A DNA stretch of 64,000 bases, from assembly GCF_035594765.1 (NCBI RefSeq), contig NC_085843.1:116909971-116973970 (forward strand), given 5' to 3'. The position numbers and the translations under genes are program-made. Of this stretch, positions 1 to 11,390 are shown piece by piece; position 1 is the first letter of the stretch, and each line of letters opens with the position of its first letter. The notes below the pieces were generated by a model. The model was not told the origin of the DNA, did not search any database, and saw only the letters and a program-made list of their open reading frames with translations. Origin of the DNA: Anolis carolinensis (Eukaryota).

Positions 1-2794
1 CTGAAGTAAACGGAGCTTAAGAAGTTCTTAAGGTTGTCATCCTCTATCTATTTATTAAGGAATTAACTTCATTAGATTCGATAGTACCAAGATCTGAGTA
101 GACATGAATGGGATTTTGTAGTACCCATTGCTCGTTTCCTTATTTCCTGAATGTGTCTTCTTTAATTCTTATAAAGTCAACTTTATTATTTATACAATTA
201 AAAACTAACAAAAGCTACGATTTGCTTTAAAATCTGAAACAATCAGATTAAATCAGAACACTGTTGAAAATGAAGCATAGATAGATACAAAATATTATTG
301 TTAAACTGCCATGGTTTGTATAGTTGGTTTTGGTTATCTTTAAAAGGAACCATGCCATAAAAGAGTTAGTAGCTTAAAATTTAGGCATTTTCTACATGGA
401 TGAGCAATTCTCTTTGAATTCTCCTTCAAGGGATTATGGGTTTTATGAACAATAGGAGTTTTGCTGTAAGATTTTGAGTGTCGTAAGGTCATCAAGACTC
501 TAATCATCAGCTTTTCATTAGTATGTCCAATATGACATCGAACTGGTTGCTAGCCATGGTGGTGAGACAGGTGTTTTATCTGCATAGGGAATCGCAACAA
601 ACCTGCAGAAAAAAAGTGAACACCCTCTGAATAGACAAAAGCATGCTGTTTTATATCTCTGTAGTTATTTCAGTTCTGGAAACCTGTAATAGCTGAAGAG
701 AATTCTCCTTTCATCGCTACATTATGGATAATTCAGTACATTAGAAGCACTTTTCCTGATGGCTTTATAATGTTTTTAAAAACATTACAATGCAAGGTTT
801 TTCTTTTTCCTCATAGCCTCGTAGAACTATAAGTTCAGTTAATATACCTATTACATAAAAATAAGGAGATGTTCACTGTGAGACCACCAAGGTATCTATT
901 GCTGCTTCTCTGATCATCTGCAAAAAGGCTGTGGAGGTGTGAATAGGTTTCTTCAAATGACATGGGAACAGTGGTGGCTGTATTTTGCCATTGAGACAAT
1001 ATGCTATGACTGAACAAAAAAAAATCCCAAATAGCACACAGAAATGTTATGAGTCCAGCTTATCTGGGGTAATTTAAGAGGTGGGATAATTAAATCATAC
1101 CTTTGTGAAAGACATATTTTCCGTGCAAAAGGCCCCAGTTTTGAACCTAAGCATCTCCAATAAGACAGGGAAATACTTTGAGCTAAAACCAAGAAAGACT
1201 ATTGCCTCAAACCTGCCAAAAATCTAATCATGACTATCATCAGCATCATCATTTATTGGATTTAACCCCAAGGGTGGGATCTAATTTGGCAGACAAGGGC
1301 GGGATGATTCCATTAATAATTTATTATCCTACCTTTCCAGATGGCTTTTAAAATGTCCCAGTTTCTTTCTCCTCTTCCATCATTCCCTCTTTTCCCTCAG
1401 CTTAATCCAATTGCTGCCAGCTGAATTTGAAGTACAAAAGTAATTTGCATTCAATTAACCTGGGGACAGAGGAGAAAAGGAAGAGTCTTGCATTCCCAGC
1501 TGGCCAGACAGAAGTAAGTATCTGCGGCCTCTTCTAGCCTGTGTGTTCTTCCTAATGAATCATTTTGCCATCTTAACCACATTCAGATGTTGTTTGGCCA
1601 CATGCAATCTGATTTTCATCTGTTGAATGTTAAAGGGCATACTGTCAGCCACTGCAGACTACACTAAGGACCTCTTCCCACAGGGCAAAATAGCCCCGTT
1701 TTGCCGCTTTTAGCCAGGGTTTAGATGGGACCTGCTGAGCGCCGTCAGACAATGCAAGGCAGGCCCTGCCTACGTTCCTCTCAAAGTGGAGAGGAAGCAT
1801 CAAAATGTGCTTCCTCCTCCACCACGGGGATGAAAGTGTTTTTCTGGTAGCTCCATGATGGGGGAAAGGGTGGCGGGGCAAAGCGCCCTGTCCTGTCCCC
1901 ACCATTTGATGAGGGAAGGAGGGAGGGCATGTGAGGGCCGTGTGAAGAGGTCCTAAGATAATAAATCCATTTGAATTAGCATAATGTAGCTTCTGATGTA
2001 AGATGTTGAAAATGTATTCAGTTTCACTGGTGGTAATTAGAGCTCCTTGCTTTTGTTACCCTTCATATGCCTTCAAGATGGAATAGGCCTAAAATATGCC
2101 CCCCTCCTGCTGAGCAGAACCCTTAGTTTGTCTCCCATCCCTTCTTAAATGAATAAATATTGGAAATAATGAGAATTTGGGCATATCTCTCCTGGAAACA
2201 GAGCATCAGTATTTACCCTCATGGAGAATTTGCCTTTTGTTCTTAGTGTGTTCTTTTTACTGTGTTTATCCATACTGCAGCTGAAAAAATAGTGGCAAAG
2301 ATAGCATCAAAACTCAAACTATACTGGTTGTACTGCCACTATTTCTTTTTTTGTGAATAGCATCTGTAGCTTTGAATACCACAAACACAAAAAGCTGAAC
2401 GATCCCACTTCCCTTACAGTATTGATGGGAAGTGAATGTAGCTGAGATCTAATCAGACTAAAGATGGAGAGCTACATTTTCCCATATCAATCACCTAGCT
2501 TGCCTTTACAGGTTCTGCAGCCTCTGTTGCCACTAATCTCAATTAGCTTTAAGCTAATTGGTCACATTTTCTATGCAAGTGATCAAATTATGCAGTGATC
2601 CAAAGTTCACCTAAGACTGTGCCTATACATCCATACCATTTCTAGCTTGCTCTATCAGCTAGCTAAGCAGACATGCTTGTATAACAATTTGTACCACAGG
2701 CCAACTTGGATGGCTTAGAAGGCGATTTTGTAGAAGGTAAAACTATGAATGGCGACTATCAATCGGGATGGCTATATATATATATATATATATA

Positions 2795-2976
2795 CCGTAT
2801 TTCTTCAACTCTAAGATATACCCCCCCCCCCCCATATAAACATCTCTAAAACTGGAGTGCATCTTAGAATCAGTAGTGCTTTCTTATACATCAATAAAGC
2901 TTTCTTCTTCTTCTGGTGGTATTGAAACTAATATGTTTCTTACAATCGATGGCATATTGGAATAAAAGGAATACAG
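2795..2976. mobile_element. Degraded Tc1/pogo-type MITE next to a (TA)n run
   Basis: Starts TA|CCGTATTTCTT and ends AGGAATACAG|TA, giving imperfect TIRs with a TA target. Confidence 0.5.
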
Positions 2977-3663
2977 TATTATTTTTAGCATCTAAGGCAG
3001 CGTGTTTCTGAATGCCATTGCTGACAAACATGAGCCAAAGAGAACTGTCATTTTGCTTGCATGTGTCCCATAACAACTGAATGGCTATTGCAGCAAGGAG
3101 GATGCTTGAGTACAAGGCTTTTTGGTCTGAGTTCTTAAGGCTTGAAATGTTACTTTACTAGAAAATAATCATGGATAAGGAAAGAGAGATAACTCTATCT
3201 TTCTGGCCTGACAGCTATCCTACTGGACAACCAGGCTTTTGTTCTCATTCAACATGAGTCTCATTGAACAGGTGTGGAATTCTCCACATGAGGCCAACAA
3301 TATCAATTTGTCATAACCCAGACTACAGTGTGACACAGGAACTAAACAAGAAATAGAAGTCTGGCCAGAGCCAATTATTCCAACACACAATCTCACCAAG
3401 AAGCTGAGAGAAACAGATCTTTTTTGAAATTTGACATATTTTGGAGTTTGGGTGGCCTTAGCTAATGGAATCATAAAAATGGAAACATTACTCATTATAA
3501 CCCCTTGACTTTACCTTCGGAGGGGGAAATAGGATCTATTAATTGGAGACAGAATGAAGCTTTTTTCATAAATGAGGAAAATATTGTAAGAGTATTTAGA
3601 AAAATTGAGGGAATATTTAAAGAAAACTTGGAAAAGGTAGTGATATAAAAGGTGGGGTGCAAG

Positions 3664-3942
3664 CATAGCCAAAGCCAGAAAAAAATTCAGGGGGGGGGGG
3701 TGAAACTTTTTTCAAGCAAATCATGAAGAGTAGTTTCATAACACAAAATAATTTAAAAATTAGGCTCTGTCGATAAACTTCAGTGGACACTCAAGACAGA
3801 TAAACTTTAGTGGACACTCATGGGGATTTGATTAACCAGTTAAAATTCATGAGTAAACCAGGTTTTTTTAAACCTGAAATATTTTTTTGGGGGGGGGGGT
3901 TGAACCCCTAACACCCTCCCCCCCCCTTTGGCTACAGCCCTG
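3664..3942. mobile_element. Non-autonomous hAT-like element
   Basis: 8-bp TSD GGTGCAAG at 3656-3663 and 3943-3950; right end GGCTACAGCCCTG; subterminal G and C runs. Confidence 0.65.
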
Positions 3943-6900
3943 GGTGCAAGGCCTTTGTGAGAGAGTATTATATACAAAAGAATATAGAGTTTAACAAGAA
4001 CAGACAGGATGATATCTATAAGTGTCACAATTATCCATGGTTTGTGTATCCATGGAAAGTTTGGGAATGTATCCTTCATGGAAATGGAAGTCATACTGAA
4101 TAAAGAATATTAGTAAAGTCCATTTCATTGATATCCAGACATTCAACCTTATCACATTTATGAGGTTGTGTTGGACAATACTCCAGCCTCTATGGTGAAT
4201 TGGCGGGGCAGCAGGGGAATCCCAGTGCCCCACGCCCAACCCCACAGAGATGCTTCCTCATCACATGTGGGGAGGTGTAACTGTATGTCTCCCCCCCCCC
4301 CCTTGCTGGCCCAGTTATTCCTTATGGAACACGGGAAGCCTCCCATGTTCTAGGCACAGTGTTCTAGGATGCTTGCGCCCCAGTTCATCGATGGAGCCTC
4401 TCCAGAAGTCAGTGTGTGTTGTGTGATGGGCTCCATGGATCAACTGGGTTGCAAGCATCCAATGATGCTTGCAGCCTCCTCTGTGATTAAACCTTTTATC
4501 AAACTCACATGAGAAGTCTGAAGTCTTGGGTAGGAGGATGGTTGAATGGAGGGAAACCATCTGTTCCCCTACATTCAACATCAGAATATTTCATGCTTGA
4601 CTAGAATCATTCTACTTTTCAAGTGACATTAAAAAGTCTCTCATTTCTAAAAACAACAATTTTTCCCATTTCATCAATTATTGCAATACATGTCAAAAAT
4701 AGAGACTTAGAATTTTTTGGCAAAGGGGGGCAATGTGCACATTTTATGTCATAATAACATGTGTTAGCCTTTAAGGTTCTGTGCTGCTTAGTTGCTTACT
4801 GCAACAGACTATCTAGTTCCTGGAACATATTTTCTGAGTTGTATCACTTTACCACAGTCAAGTACATTATGCCAAATGAATGCTTGTTCAATTAGGTGGA
4901 TGATGGTTTAAGATTCATTGCCATAAATAAATTACACTAGCTCAGCTTTCTGTGAATCACATGTGCATTTGGGATGTGCCTTTGGTTCTGATGAAGTCCA
5001 AAGACCAAGCTATCTTGTGCCAGCACAGAGCAGTTCTGGTGCCTCCGGAATAGGCTTCTCTCAAAATGGCCAAAAGCCCACAGTGGACTTTGCATGTAGA
5101 TTTTCAGATTCAGAAAGGTAAAATAAGGAAGAATAATACTTTCCTTTAAAATTTGTTTCTGTGAAAATGCCCAGTGTGTGACAGGGAAAGAGGGAGTGGG
5201 GTTTTGTCATTGAGAAGTCTACCTGTTTAGTGTCTTTTTTCCTGTGTTTCCTGTTTACTGTGTGCATCCACAGCCACATACAGAAGCTACTTGATTCTTT
5301 TCCTCTTCTTTGAATATGCAGTTAGGAAATGGAATTGCTTGGGGGAAAAAGTATACAAAGGAAGATTAATTATAATAGAACCCATGCGGTGAGAATGGAG
5401 TACTTGTGTGGCACTGCTGGATATTGATATGAAAGAAGACTTATCAGAGGTTTTTCAAGGCTGACTTTTTCCTTTTTAAGGGTTTCTTTTAAGATCAGAG
5501 TCAATGCCGCTTCAAAGCAAGATCTCAAACATATCAGAGCTCTCAGCTCTCTACGCAACTCATCACAGATGATTTTGCCTTTATCATTTCAAACGCTCTC
5601 ATACCATACAATGCCAATTCTAGGAATATAATGAGGGAGCCTGCATTTGATATTTTTACACATAAATCGTATGCTTCATAACAGGTGGCATCATGTTACC
5701 TAAATGTAGATGTAGGCAGTCATCTTGTCCACTACATAGATTCAGTCTGATGGAAATACTGTTCTGTGTACTGAACTCAAAAGGCCAAGATGTACACATC
5801 TGAAGAATCATTTGTATCCAGTTAATAGTGATAGAAACAAGTGCCTCCCTTTCCCCATTAGCTACCAGTTAGCCATATCTTCTTTTTCAGGAAGATAGAA
5901 TGGATGATGTAACTTCTGAGTATATTGTACAGTCAGCATCTGGAAACCATACAGCCTTTAACATTGCTGATTCGACAATACATTCAGTGTGAGTTTTGCT
6001 TCTGTTTAGTAGCTTTTTCTGTTCTTTTGGGCTATTCCTGAAGTTCACCAGAGTTAACCAAACTACATGAAGCAAAAAGTGCCACTGGAAGAAGGATGTA
6101 AGTGTCCTTTCAATCAAAGTCATGTAGTTAACGCTCCACATTTTGGGTCTCTGTTGTGCATTTCTAAGACTATCCACTTAAACTGTCAATGTGTATGATG
6201 TCCTATTCAGTACATCATATCAGATCTAGAGAACAGCAACATTTTGCTCTTGAACAAATTCTCAATTGTAAGATTTTGGTATCCATTTCCACCATGACTT
6301 AAACTGGAATTTCATAGTAATTGCTACACCTCTGGTAGCATGTAAGACTCAACAGAATCTATGCAAATACTCCCATAGAGAAAAATCTGTAATAGCATAA
6401 AAAAAATAGCAAGTTATACATGTGGTTTTCTCCAGTGGATGTTTCATCTTTTAGTGGGGAAGAAGCTACAGCTTCCATAAAGCTTATAGGATATTGACTA
6501 TCAAGGCTTAGGACCTTATTCCATGTAAATACCCCATCTCTCATCCCCTATCCCCCGTTTTCTCACACTTGACAAGATGTAGTTCCACAAAGGCCATCCC
6601 ATGATGCACAGCCATTTCTAGTGACTGCCTGTTGGAATCCATTCTGCCAGCATTCCAAAATGGAGGGAAGACTATTTTTTAAAGGAACTGGATATTATCC
6701 AACTCCTGAAAAGAAAGGGGGGGGGGGAAGCAGGAGGAAGATGGGGAAAGGATGTGGGATGGCTGGCCACCCACAAAGACAAATCTTGCCAGGGTAAGAC
6801 GAGTCCCTACACTTCCAAACACTTTCCCCAGCTTGCTTTCCGCCCATGGAATAACATCCATAATCTCAATGTCATCCAAATTCTTGTTCGCTACTTAATT

Positions 6901-7200
6901 TTAGGATTTCATGCCCACATTTTGAGGTTTGGGGATCATTATTTAGGAAGTGTATAACTACAGAGCTTTATTTTCATTGGCAGACATGAAAGAGAGAAGG
7001 ACCAATAGGCATTTTCTTCTTCTGCATAATATGAGGACTCTAAGGTTCTATTTATTTATTTATTTATTTATTTACAGTATTTATATTTTGCCCTTCTCAC
7101 CCCGAAGGGGACTCAGGGCAGATCATATTGTATACATACAAGGCAAACATTCAATGCCATATGAACATAGAGACAGACACAGAGGCAATTTTAGCCTTCT

Positions 7201-7923
7201 TGTCACACCTCAGGTTAGCTTCACCTTGCTAAAGACACCAGGCTGCACACAGAACGTAGTCTTTTGTAGTTTATTAGGAAATAGGGAAAAGATAGTTCAT
7301 AAAAGGTAAACTTTCGGTTCCAAAAGATAGTTACAAAAACAAGGCTGTAAGAAACAAATCCATAGAAACATTAGACATGAAACAAGGTCCTTTCAAAAGA
7401 AGCCAAAGTCCCAGAAACGAGAATACATCCAGGCTACAAGATAATACAGGAGAGCAGACTTGGTTCTTGATTCAAGCGAGGAAATTGCTTTGATGAAGAT
7501 TTCCCTCTCAGCAGGCTGTTTTAATAGCATAACATGAAGGCATTTCTTTGCCCTTTGAACTCCCTCTTACTTGCTATTCTGAGACTTCTGCGCAACCCCC
7601 AAAATTCCAAATGACTAACCCGATTTAGAGAAGCAGCCTCATCGCTTTCAAGGCCACAGGGCTCATTAGTGTTATCAGGCTGAGGCTGGGAGCTGCTCTC
7701 CCTTTCTGCTTCTTGCACCTGAAAACCATTATCAGTAACAACATCATTTCTTCCTGTGGGAAAGCCTCCCTGCTCCTCATCTCCCACAGCAGGAACACTC
7801 TGCACCTGAATCCCATAATTCCCATCAGAGTCATCTGGAAACTCATCCTGAACCTGAATCCCATCATCTTGAAACTGCATCCCAGAATCCTCATCAGAGT
7901 CACACAAAGGCTGAGTCACAACA
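7201..7923 (-). mobile_element. Solo LTR (723 bp), probably Ty3/Gypsy
   Basis: 5-bp TSD CTTCT at 7196-7200 and 7924-7928; minus strand reads TGTTGTG...GTGACA; TATTAAAA near 7526-7519; AATAAA at 7275-7270. Confidence 0.85.
7521..7922 (-). CDS. U3-spanning open frame (133 aa, acidic, C-terminal RRSLRIASK); putative read-through tail of a retroelement ORF
   Basis: Open from LTR base 2 (T|GTT GTG ACT CAG CCT) to a stop inside the TATA-like box; same frame as in the other two LTRs. Confidence 0.45.
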   Translation of the reverse strand, partial: VVTQPLCDSDEDSGMQFQDDGIQVQDEFPDDSDGNYGIQVQSVPAVGDEEQGGFPTGRNDVVTDNGFQVQEAERESSSQPQPDNTNEPCGLESDEAASLNRVSHLEFWGLRRSLRIASKREFKGQRNAFMLCY

Positions 7924-9962
7924 CTTCTCCAGCTTCCAGCTTCCTGAGGGGATGCTCGATTCCGGCTACAAGGGGACCAGCTGCTTCATCATCCACTCTG
8001 AAGCCGACTTCCTCATTCCGTTCCACAGGCTGGTGGCAGTTTTATGGTGTCGTAAATTTAGTTAAATTAGCCTCCCCACATAGTGGTACCTAAATTTCCT
8101 ACTTGATAGATGCAACTATCTTTCAGGTTGCTTAGGTCAACAATGAGCAGGGGCTATATTTTATTTTAATTGTCGGGTGCTCATTCCGACATGAGCTGGC
8201 CTCGAACTAATGACCTCTTGATCATAGTGATTTATTGCAGCTGGCTACTAACCAGCCTGCACCACATCATCTGCATTATTGCAACTAGAATTAATTGTTC
8301 CCCCTTCTTTCTTACTTAACTGGCCTAAAAGTTAATTTATGTTGCAATAAGGATAAGAACGCATGAGGGATACAAATCAAATCAAATAAACAGATTGTCC
8401 ATTTGATCATGTCATTGAGTTTATTGTTGCAACCTCAAATGAAAGAATGTGCCTGTCATTGTATATCCTTTCTAAAATGTTTGTTTTGTGGATTGCACTA
8501 TGATGCAATAATATTGTGTCGTAATGAATGCAAAGCCTAAGAAATAATGCTAAAATAATATTGCAAGAAATTTATGTGTATTGGTCCCATGTAATATGTA
8601 GAATAGGAATAATGTGACTAGAAACAGAGTCGGAACAGCAGCGTGGGCTTGATTCAGCTTTGATCTTGATATGCCAAGGAAAATATCAATTGAATAGAAG
8701 TTTATCAAGAAAAGAACTTAGAAGAAAAACAGTGGAAAAAGAACATGTAGACACCTAGATACAATATATCTGTAATGAAAGCTCAATTGATTTCATTGTT
8801 GTTCTCTCTGTGATTTTAATACATGGGGAGTTGAGTCACAAGACCTCATAGCATCTTCACCAGGCAAGAGTTCTCATGATACTTTGGTAAAAAATCATTG
8901 CTGTTAAATGGTTAAAAGAATAATATGCATTTATAGTATTATTTTGACCTGTGGGAGCTTAAGCAGAACAAAAACAAATGGACTTCTTTGCTGACAATGT
9001 CTACTTGCTGCTTTCTTCTGTGATACTGATCTTCAAATTGTCTTTCTGTTCAGATAAGAAAGTTTCACTGGTTGATGAGACTCAAAACAGGCTTCCATGG
9101 TAAGTGATCAAATATGCTTATGTTTTAAAACCTACTGCAACGCACAAGGATTAGAAAAAAGCCAGGCTACTTTAAAAGTCAACAATCCTTCTGTTTAATC
9201 GCATGCATGAAATTGCATTTCTTAATCTACTGGAGAATCAAATGGCCTCTTCTGTCTCCTTGCATGCTTATGCTCACATGCTTTTCTGTAACATATGGGA
9301 GGTACATGGTCAGGATATTAAACCTTTGAAGAGCGCTGCTAAATACACAGAAACAAAGGAATTTCTTGCATATTGCTGAAATGCAACTTCCTAAATAGTA
9401 CAAAGAAGCTTTGTATTTCAGAGGTCAGATGCCAGAATATAGTGCATCATTCTGCTTGCAGCTACTTCCTGTCAGTAGCTGATAACGCACCCATTGATTT
9501 TATTTCCTCAGAAACAATTTACTTGCAGGAGGATGCTAATTTTTGCAGAAGACAGCTCCTTGGAGTTTTGTTGGTAGGAAAGTGCTGATGAACTGTGTGT
9601 TCTGTTGTTAGCATGAATTTAGACAAAGAAATAGGTGCTTTTCTACTTCTGATGAATACAGTTTAATTCTCATCCCTTTGTTTATTTCAATTTTAGCTCC
9701 TATCTTTGCTCCTAGAGGAAAGAGCATCCAAAATTGATCAAACCTACACGTTGTTTCATATCACCTGAAACTTGTATAATCATGCCAAACTTTATTAATA
9801 AGCACATCTAAGTTTGTGGAACTGATTTTTTTAAAAAAATCAAAGTATCACACAAACAAGGTTAACTCAGGAATTGCAAGTGTGCAGCAGGAAATGTATG
9901 AAACAATAATAAAAGGCTTCTAAATATGTATTAACTAATACTGAAGCTCTATACAGTGAGAG

Positions 9963-10232
9963 GTCCCAGGTTCAATCCCCGGGAGCGGCGTGAGCGGCCG
10001 CTGTTAGCTCCAGCTCCTGCCAACCTAGCAGTTCGAAAACATGCCGATGTGAGTAGATCAATAGGTACCGCTCCAGCAGGAAGGTAACGGCACTCCATGC
10101 AGTCATGCCGGCCACATGACCTTGGAGATGTCTACGGACAACCCCGTCTCTTCAGCTTAGAAATGGAGATGAGCACCAACCCCCAGAGTCAGACATGACT
10201 GGACTTAATGTCAGGGGAAAACCTTTACGTAC
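9963..10232 (+). mobile_element. Sauria SINE, 5'-truncated
   Basis: Diagnostic GAGTAGATCAATAGGTACCGC...CCCAGAGTCAGACATGACTGG...ACCTTT; 14-bp TSD CTATACAGTGAGAG at 9949-9962 and 10233-10246. Confidence 0.9.
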
Positions 10233-10253
10233 CTATACAGTGAGAGACTATGT

Positions 10254-10841
10254 GTTGTAGTTGTGCCAAGGGGCAGTTCTGGCACTACTGGTAAAATTGC
10301 TAGTAGGAGGAAAAGGGATAATGTTGAGCAGGTGTTTGATGAGGAACAGCAAGTAAAACGGGTTCGGGAAATACTTATGGCTCCTACTGAGGATGAAACG
10401 TTTGAAGGCTTCTCTAGTGAAGAGGACTCAATGCTGGAAGATGATGGGTTAACAGAAAGTAGAGGTCAACTCAGGAGCAAGAGTCAGATGAGGAAAGGGA
10501 AAGAAAGAAGGGAAAGAAAGGGAAAAAAGATTCCGGATATAATTACTGCTCCCATGGAAGATGAAACATTTGAGGGTTTTTCTGGGGATGATGGGTCTGA
10601 GAGTGGGATGGAAGAGGCTGCAGCTTGGACTCAAGTAAATGTGTGTGCAGCACCAGTTTCTGAGGGTGCATCAGAAGACTGGCATACTACTGGTACACCA
10701 GGGGCATGGGGAGATCTAAGTCTTGAACAAAGATGGAGTGATTGGAGGGCTGGTAGGCGAGGTTCACATATGAGATTGAGATCAGCTGTGGATAATGATG
10801 ACAGGGCGGAGGCCTCATCATCATCGGACTCCGAAGTGTAA
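10254..10841 (+). CDS. U3-encoded acidic polypeptide (195 aa) with two EDETFEGF motifs and MRLRSA
   Basis: Open from LTR base 2; homologous to the U3 frame at 42978-43394; the duplicated motif differs only at silent sites. Confidence 0.6.
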   Translation, partial: VVVVPRGSSGTTGKIASRRKRDNVEQVFDEEQQVKRVREILMAPTEDETFEGFSSEEDSMLEDDGLTESRGQLRSKSQMRKGKERRERKGKKIPDIITAPMEDETFEGFSGDDGSESGMEEAAAWTQVNVCAAPVSEGASEDWHTTGTPGAWGDLSLEQRWSDWRAGRRGSHMRLRSAVDNDDRAEASSSSDSEV

Positions 10842-10954
10842 GTTAAAAGTGGAGTTGAAAGTGAAGGTCCCTTGCAGAAGGCAAGGTGTCGTTTTTGGGA
10901 CATTGCTTTGTCGCTGCCTGTTCTCCTTGGGTCCTGGCTGTACAGCTTTGTTTT

Positions 10955-11390
10955 CCTGAATCCGGATTGACTCCTGATGACAGCATTCGTTTCTGCTTTG
11001 GCGTTCCTGACTTGGCATTTCTGGCTTGGCATTCCTGGCTTCCTCTGGCTCCTGGATCCAGTTTGACTCCTGATGGCAGCGTTCATTTCTGCTCTGACGT
11101 TCCTGACTTGGCGTTTCTGGCTTGGCGTTCCTGGCTTCATCTGGCTCCTGAATCCAGTTTGGCTCTTGATGGCAGCATTTGCTCCTGGCTTGGCAATTCC
11201 GACTTGGCATTTTTGGTTTGGCGTTTCTGGCTTCCACTGGCTACTGAATCCGGTCTGCTTCCTGACGACGGCAGCGTTTGCTTCTGACTTGGCGTTTCTG
11301 GCTCCTCTTTGGCTTCTGAATCTGGTCTGCTTCCTCATGACGACATTGCTTGCTCCTGGCTTGGCGATTTTGGGTCCCCTTTTGGCTTTT
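10955..11390 (+). repeat. 96-bp tandem repeat (about 4.5 copies) inside the LTR, downstream of the TATA box
   Basis: Unit starts (C)CTGAATCC recur at 10955, 11051, 11147 and 11243, then at 11315 after a 72-bp unit. Confidence 0.85.

Larger units (their letters stand above)
7048..8265 (-). mobile_element. tRNA-derived SINE with L2-type 3' tail (Anolis SINE2-like), interrupted by a solo LTR
   Basis: (TAAA)n tail and CCCTGAGTCCCCTTCGGGGTGAGAAGGG on the minus strand; similar to the copy at 52591-53080; split at 7200/7929. Confidence 0.8.
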
